Shown one piece after another: positions 58,836 to 64,000 of a DNA stretch of 64,000 nt. Below the pieces are notes generated by a model. The model was not told where the DNA came from, ran no database searches, and worked only from the letters and a program-made list of their open reading frames with translations. Origin of the DNA: Candidatus Scatosoma sp. (GTDB taxonomy: Bacteria > Bacillota > Clostridia > Christensenellales > Borkfalkiaceae); NCBI GenBank assembly GCA_045128175.1, contig JBGVRF010000045.1:3453-67452 (forward strand). The letters are read 5' to 3'. The translations under genes were made by a program, and so were the position numbers. Each line of letters opens with the position of its first letter. Within the stretch, counting starts at the first letter, position 1.

Positions 58836-58960
58836 CCAGTCGGCGTACCGCTGGACCAACGTACCGTTGGATCTATTTGGGAAGTCAAGGAACTCAGTTC
58901 CTTGCGGGTGTGGCAGAGCCCACGAAGGTAATCCCAAAAAAGCAACCGATAAGTTGCGCA
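58836..58960 (+). repeat. hairpin-array intergenic repeat, copy B
   Basis: Begins right after the ilvC TAA. It contains hairpin CCAACG-TAC-CGTTGG and core GGAAGTCAAGGAACTCAGTTCCTTGCGGGTGTGGCAGAGCCCACGAA (58880-58926). Confidence 0.85.
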
Positions 58961-58984
58961 CTCTCATAACATTCAGGTATCATT

Positions 58985-60646
58985 ATGATTAAAGACACAA
59001 TAGTAAACGGCTTCCACAACGCGCCGCACAGATCCTTATATCATGCGCTGGGCTTGACGGAAGAGGAACAGCAACGCCCTTTGATCGGCGTTGTCTGTTC
59101 GTATAACGAAATCGTTCCCGGACATATCAACCTCGACAAGATCGCCGAGGCGGTAAAGCTGGGCGTTGCAATGGCGGGCGGTACGCCCATCATGTTCCCC
59201 GCGATCACCGTCTGCGACGGCATCGCCATGGGGCATACGGGTATGAAATATTCCCTCGTCACCCGCGATCTGATCGCCGATTCGACAGAAGCGATGGTCA
59301 TGGCGCACGGCTTTGACGGCTTGGTCATGATCCCCAATTGCGACAAGAACGTGCCGGGGCTACTGATGGCGGCGGCACGTTTGAATATCCCCACCGTGTT
59401 CGTCAGTGGCGGTCCGATGCTTGCAGGACGTGTCGGCGGTAAAAAACGCTCGCTTTCGAGTATGTTCGAGGCGGTCGGCGCGTATAACGCGGGCAAAATC
59501 GACGAAGAACAGTTGACGGAGTTTGAAAGAAAGGTCTGTCCGACCTGCGGTTCGTGTTCGGGAATGTATACGGCAAATTCTATGAACTGCCTTACCGAAG
59601 TGCTCGGTATGGGACTTCGTGGCAACGGAACGATTCCCGCTGTGTATTCCGCACGTATCGAGCTGGCGAAGCACGCGGGTATGCAGGTGATGGAGCTTGT
59701 GAAAAAGAATATCCGTCCGAGTGATATCATGACGGCGGGAGCGATCAAAAACGCGATCACGGCGGACATGGCGCTGGGCTGTTCGACGAACAGTATGCTG
59801 CATTTGCCTGCGATTGCGAACGAGCTGGGTGTGCCGTTCGACCTTAACGAGGTGAACGCGATTAGTGAAAGGACGCCCAATTTGTGTCATCTTGCGCCCG
59901 CGGGGCCGACGTATATGGAGGATCTCAACGAGGCGGGCGGCGTGCAGGCGGTCTTGAAGGAGCTGGAAGCTTTGGGGCTTCTGGATACTTCTGTTTTGAC
60001 CTGTACGGGCAAGACGATGAAGGAGAACCTCGAAGGGGTGGTCAACCTCGATACGGAGGTTATCAGAAAACCGGGAAATGCGTTTGGAAAAACGGGCGGC
60101 ATCGCGGTGCTGAAAGGCAACCTTGCACCGGATGGGTGCGTAGTCAAACGCGCGGCGGTCGCGCCCGAAATGCTGGTGCATGAAGGCCCCGCAAAAGTGT
60201 TTGAAAGCGAGGAGGAGTGCATTGCGGCGATTTATGGTGGCAAGATCGTAAAAGGGGACGTCGTAGTGATCCGATACGAAGGTCCTGCGGGCGGTCCGGG
60301 TATGCGCGAAATGCTGTCGCCGACCTCTGCGATCGCGGGCATGGGCTTAGATAAGGACGTGGCGTTGATCACCGACGGGCGGTTCTCGGGGGCTACCAGG
60401 GGCGCGTCTATCGGTCACGTTTCTCCCGAAGCGGTGTCCGGCGGACCGATTGCGTATGTAAAGAACGGCGATATTATTGCGATCAATATTCCCGAATACC
60501 GTATCGAGTTGAAAGTATCCGATGAGGAACTTGCGCAACGTAAAAAAGAGACGGTATTGAAGAAAAAAGAAGTCAGCGGATATTTGAAACGGTACGCGGC
60601 ACAAGTGAGTTCTGCCGACAAAGGGGCGATCATAAATCGACTGTAA
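58985..60646 (+). CDS. ilvD: dihydroxy-acid dehydratase
   Basis: 553 aa with CDGIAMGH and PNCDKNVPG motifs. Confidence 0.96.
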   Translation: MIKDTIVNGFHNAPHRSLYHALGLTEEEQQRPLIGVVCSYNEIVPGHINLDKIAEAVKLGVAMAGGTPIMFPAITVCDGIAMGHTGMKYSLVTRDLIADSTEAMVMAHGFDGLVMIPNCDKNVPGLLMAAARLNIPTVFVSGGPMLAGRVGGKKRSLSSMFEAVGAYNAGKIDEEQLTEFERKVCPTCGSCSGMYTANSMNCLTEVLGMGLRGNGTIPAVYSARIELAKHAGMQVMELVKKNIRPSDIMTAGAIKNAITADMALGCSTNSMLHLPAIANELGVPFDLNEVNAISERTPNLCHLAPAGPTYMEDLNEAGGVQAVLKELEALGLLDTSVLTCTGKTMKENLEGVVNLDTEVIRKPGNAFGKTGGIAVLKGNLAPDGCVVKRAAVAPEMLVHEGPAKVFESEEECIAAIYGGKIVKGDVVVIRYEGPAGGPGMREMLSPTSAIAGMGLDKDVALITDGRFSGATRGASIGHVSPEAVSGGPIAYVKNGDIIAINIPEYRIELKVSDEELAQRKKETVLKKKEVSGYLKRYAAQVSSADKGAIINRL

Positions 60647-60689
60647 CGGCATACCAGGTATGCGTTTACGTATAAAAGGAGAGAAAACA

Positions 60690-61961
60690 ATGTCAATGAC
60701 AATGACGCAAAAAATCCTCGCGGCGCACGCGGGATTGGAGAAAGTGGAGGCGGGGCAGCTGATCTTGGTCGATCTGGACAGAGTGCTCGGCAACGATATC
60801 ACTTCGCCCGTAGCGATCAAAGAATTTGAAAAGATCGGTGCGACGACGGTATATGATAAGGAGAAGGTAACGATGGTCATGGACCATTTCGCGCCGAACA
60901 AGGACATCAAGGCGGCGACGCAGTGTAAGATGTGCCGCGATTTTTGCGAGAAACATGACGTAACGCATTTTTACGACGTGGGCAGAATGGGCATCGAACA
61001 CGCGTTGTTGCCCGAAAAAGGTTTGGTCGCACCCGGCGACGTTGTGATCGGCGCGGATTCTCATACCTGCACGTACGGCGCTCTGGGTGCGTTTTCGACG
61101 GGCGTGGGCTCGACGGACATGGCGTGCGGTATGGCAACGGGCAAGGCGTGGTTCAAGGTGCCTTCCGCGATCAAATTCGTACTCAAGGGCAAGCTGAATA
61201 AATACGTGTCCGGCAAGGACGTTATTTTGCATATCATCGGTATGATCGGCGTGGACGGCGCGTTGTATAGATCGATGGAATTTGTGGGTGAGGGCGTAAG
61301 CGCGCTGACCGTTTACGATCGGTTGACCATTTCCAATATGGCGATCGAGGCGGGCGCGAAGAACGGCATTTTCGAGGTGGATGAACAGACGGAAGCGTAC
61401 GTAAAGGCGCGTTCGGACAGAAAATTCAAGACGTATAAAGCGGATGAGGACGCTGTGTACGACGCTACGTACGAAATCGATCTTTCCGAGATCAAATCGA
61501 CAGTCGCATTCCCGCACCTACCCGAAAACACGAAAACGTTTGACGAGATCGGCGACGTGCCCATCGATCAGGTGGTGATCGGGTCGTGTACCAACGGGCA
61601 GTATAAAGACATCGCGGAGGCGGCGGAGATTCTGAAAGGCAGAAAGGTGGCAAAGCGTGTTCGCGCAATCGTTATCCCTGCAACACAGGACGTTTATATG
61701 CAAGCGGTGGAAAACGGGCTGGTGAAGATCTTTATCGAAGCGGGCTGTGTGGTGTCCACGCCCACCTGCGGGCCTTGTCTGGGCGGGTATATGGGTATCC
61801 TTGCTGCGGGCGAACGGGCGGTTGCGACGACCAATCGGAATTTTGTCGGTCGTATGGGACACGTGGATTCGGAAGTGTACCTCGCATCTCCTGCGGTGGC
61901 GGCGGCGAGCGCGGTGCTGGGCAAGATCGCGGATCCGCAGAGCCTTCCTGCGGTGTTTTAA
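60690..61961 (+). CDS. leuC: 3-isopropylmalate dehydratase large subunit
   Basis: Aconitase-family motifs ([25 protein letters not shown]), with an AAAGGAGAG RBS. Confidence 0.95.
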   Translation: MSMTMTQKILAAHAGLEKVEAGQLILVDLDRVLGNDITSPVAIKEFEKIGATTVYDKEKVTMVMDHFAPNKDIKAATQCKMCRDFCEKHDVTHFYDVGRMGIEHALLPEKGLVAPGDVVIGADSHTCTYGALGAFSTGVGSTDMACGMATGKAWFKVPSAIKFVLKGKLNKYVSGKDVILHIIGMIGVDGALYRSMEFVGEGVSALTVYDRLTISNMAIEAGAKNGIFEVDEQTEAYVKARSDRKFKTYKADEDAVYDATYEIDLSEIKSTVAFPHLPENTKTFDEIGDVPIDQVVIGSCTNGQYKDIAEAAEILKGRKVAKRVRAIVIPATQDVYMQAVENGLVKIFIEAGCVVSTPTCGPCLGGYMGILAAGERAVATTNRNFVGRMGHVDSEVYLASPAVAAASAVLGKIADPQSLPAVF

Positions 61962-61984
61962 GTCGAATACTTGAGGTGTTTATT

Positions 61985-62479
61985 ATGAAATTTACAGGCA
62001 AATCGATCAAATACGGCGATAACGTCGATACGGACGTGATCATTCCCGCACGATATCTTAATACCAGCGACGAAAAGGAGTTGGCTTCTCATTGCATGGA
62101 AGATATCGATAAAGAGTTTAAAAACAAAGCGGAAAAAGGGGATATCATGGTTGCGGGGTATAACTTCGGTTGCGGCTCCTCGCGTGAGCACGCGCCGATC
62201 GCGATCAAGGCAAGCGGCATATCCCTTGTCATTGCGCGGAGCTTTGCGCGTATTTTCTATCGCAACTCCATCAACATCGGTCTGGCGATCGTCGAATGTC
62301 CCGAGGCGGTGGACGGCATTGCCGACGGTGACAGAGTGGAGGCTGATCTCGATAACGGTGTGATCTACAACAGGACCACAGGCGCAAGTTTTAAGACGCA
62401 GCCTTTTCCCGAATTTATTCAGAAGATCATCGCCAACGGCGGTTTGGTAAGATCTATCCAAAACGGTGACGTGCGCTAA
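61985..62479 (+). CDS. leuD: 3-isopropylmalate dehydratase small subunit
   Basis: Starts [25 protein letters not shown] and contains GSSREHAP. The ORF-track start at 61775 is an upstream extension. Confidence 0.94.
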   Translation: MKFTGKSIKYGDNVDTDVIIPARYLNTSDEKELASHCMEDIDKEFKNKAEKGDIMVAGYNFGCGSSREHAPIAIKASGISLVIARSFARIFYRNSINIGLAIVECPEAVDGIADGDRVEADLDNGVIYNRTTGASFKTQPFPEFIQKIIANGGLVRSIQNGDVR

Positions 62480-62840
62480 CCGGCGTACCGCCAGCGTTCC
62501 GCTGGACCATGTTGGAAGTCAAAGAACTCAGTTCCTTGCGGGTGTGGGCAGAGCCCACGAAAATAAGTCCCAAAAAAGCAAGGCTTTGCCTTGCGTTTAT
62601 CACGGCAAAGCCGTCATTCGCTTCGCGAAGTTTAGCGCAAGCGGAGCTTGCTTATAAAAGTCCGAAAATAATATGGAGCTCTGCTCCATACCTCGTTAAG
62701 GGCTCCTTGCCCTTAAAACCTCGCAAGAGGCATTGCCTCCTGACTCTAGTTTGGAAATCAAAGAACTCAGTTCCTTGCGGGTGTGGGCAGAGCCCACGAA
62801 AATAAGCCTCAAAAAGCAAGGCTTTGCCTTGCGCCGGAAT
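62480..62840 (+). repeat. hairpin-array intergenic repeat, copy C (contains two ~81-nt direct repeats)
   Basis: Begins right after the leuD TAA. Direct repeats at 62514-62595 and 62753-62833 are about 96% identical, with hairpin modules between them. Confidence 0.9.
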
Positions 62841-62870
62841 ATTCATTACGTAAAAAACAGGAAATCATAT

Positions 62871-63941
62871 ATGAAAACTTATAAAATCGGTTTATTGAAA
62901 GGGGACGGGATCGGTCCCGAGATCGTAGACAGCGCAGTGCGCGTGCTGGAGGCGGTCGGAAAAAAACGTGATATCGGATTCGAATTCACTCCCTATCTCA
63001 TTGGCGGTGCGGCGATCGACGCTTGTGGCGAGCCTCTGCCCAAAGTGACCGTCGAGGGCTGTCTGGCTTCGGATAGCGTCTTGCTCGGCGCTGTCGGCGG
63101 TCCGAAATGGGACGGCTTGGGCTGTAATGCTCGTCCCGAAAAAGCATTGCTCGGTATCCGCGCGGCGATGGGGCTATTCACTAACCTTCGTCCTGCAAAG
63201 CTGTATCCCGCACTTAAAGGGGAATGTCCCTTGCGTGAGGATATCGTGGCGAACGGATTCGATATCATGATTGTACGTGAACTGACAGGCGGGATTTATT
63301 TCGGTGAACGCGGCTATCGCGAGGGCAAATACGGCGAAGAAGCATACGATACCGAGGCGTACAGCCGCATGGAGATTGAGCGCATCGCGCGCGTGGCGTT
63401 TGAAACAGCGAGAAAGCGCCGTAAAAAGCTGACCAGCATCGACAAGGCGAACGTACTGGAAACTTCGCGGCTTTGGCGGAAGATCGTACACGAGATCGCG
63501 ACGGAATATCCCGACGTGGAACTTTCGGATATGCTGGTGGATAACGCGGCGATGCAGTTGGTGCGCAACCCTTCGCAATTCGACGTCATCGTGACCAGCA
63601 ATATGTTCGGGGATATCCTCTCCGACGAAGCGTCGCAGATCACCGGCTCGATCGGTATGTTGCCCTCTGCTTCCCTGAACGAGGGAACGCGTGGCTTGTA
63701 CGAGCCCATCCACGGTAGCGCGCCCGATATCGCGGGACAAAACAAAGCCAACCCGATCGCGACTATCCTTTCGGCTGCGATGATGCTGTTGTACGCCTTT
63801 GATGAAAGCGCGGCGGCAGACGATATCGTGATCGCCGTGGATAAAGTGCTGGAAGAGGGCTTCCGCACGGCGGATCTTGCACGCGGCGGCGAGGCGTTGT
63901 CTACCACCGAAATGACGGATAAAATTATCGAACGCCTTTAA
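62871..63941 (+). CDS. leuB: 3-isopropylmalate dehydrogenase
   Basis: Starts [19 protein letters not shown] and has signature [12 protein letters not shown]. The ORF-track extension to 62733 runs through the repeat. Confidence 0.95.
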   Translation: MKTYKIGLLKGDGIGPEIVDSAVRVLEAVGKKRDIGFEFTPYLIGGAAIDACGEPLPKVTVEGCLASDSVLLGAVGGPKWDGLGCNARPEKALLGIRAAMGLFTNLRPAKLYPALKGECPLREDIVANGFDIMIVRELTGGIYFGERGYREGKYGEEAYDTEAYSRMEIERIARVAFETARKRRKKLTSIDKANVLETSRLWRKIVHEIATEYPDVELSDMLVDNAAMQLVRNPSQFDVIVTSNMFGDILSDEASQITGSIGMLPSASLNEGTRGLYEPIHGSAPDIAGQNKANPIATILSAAMMLLYAFDESAAADDIVIAVDKVLEEGFRTADLARGGEALSTTEMTDKIIERL

Positions 63942-63964
63942 AAACGGGCGGAAGAGTGAAACAT

Positions 63965-64000
63965 ATGACTGAAAATAAATTGCAAGCAATTTATAACGAA
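63965..64000 (+). CDS. 5' end of an unidentified CDS (truncated by the window)
   Basis: ATG at 63965 and an open frame (MTENKLQAIYNE) to the window end. Only 12 codons are visible. Confidence 0.3.
   Translation, partial: MTENKLQAIYNE

Noticed and set aside
62514-62833. Possible mini-CRISPR array, given two ~81-nt direct repeats with a spacer.
   Set aside because: There are only two units, the repeats are far longer than CRISPR repeats, and the spacer is itself made of family hairpin modules. No cas genes are present. Related copies are dispersed singly after stop codons.
62509-62870. ORFs running through repeat copy C (62509..62805), and the 46-codon N-terminal extension of leuB from 62733.
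   Set aside because: The sequence is the intergenic repeat, and the same text occurs non-coding elsewhere. LeuB has a canonical N-terminus ([18 protein letters not shown]) at 62871. The extension has no homology logic.

Overview
This is a 64-kb chromosomal window of about 50% GC. Gene content points to a Clostridia-type Firmicute: a SCIFF ranthipeptide locus, HemZ, Jag/YidC/YidD/RnpA/L34, and T-box and glycine riboswitches. Nearly all of it is housekeeping. Left to right: an htrA-like 3' end, mutY with a translationally coupled HNH-like gene, and several small accessory genes (zinc-ribbon/PG-rich protein, Isf-like flavoprotein, TIGR00725/LOG-like protein). Next is an OmpR-type two-component operon with two membrane proteins. 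A minus-strand block follows: jag-yidC-yidD-rnpA-rpmH preceded by dnaN with no dnaA, an AT-rich decayed region, and an amino-acid ABC importer. A long plus-strand block then runs: tgt, an ABC exporter pair, yajC, a TIGR04086 membrane protein, the SCIFF precursor (not in the ORF track) with its radical-SAM maturase, secD, secF, recJ, relA, an MBL hydrolase, hemZ, rpsO, pnp, a low-GC XRE gene, a GT2/membrane-protein cluster, a glycosidase-like lipoprotein, metG, tatD with its associated radical-SAM gene, rsmA, galM (minus), a glycine riboswitch with an AGCS symporter, and ilvE. The window ends with a T-box-controlled leuA-ilvBNCD-leuCDB operon. No rRNA, tRNA, CRISPR array, transposase or integrase was seen. 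The most unusual signal is non-coding: a family of modular, hairpin-array intergenic repeats (BOX/BIME-like). It has four large copies, each starting directly after a stop codon in the sense orientation, plus many fragments, and its stems show compensatory base changes. Secondary points are a recurrent GGTATGCGTTTAC motif, a Val/Ile-rich mini-ORF upstream of the BCAA T-box, dnaN uncoupled from dnaA, and several housekeeping proteins with low-complexity extensions (RGG tail on Jag, Q/N-rich N-terminus on the TatD-linked radical SAM protein, acidic tails on SecF, YajC and AGCS, and a Cys/Asp cluster on a membrane protein). All homology calls come from motif recognition by eye; no database search was run.
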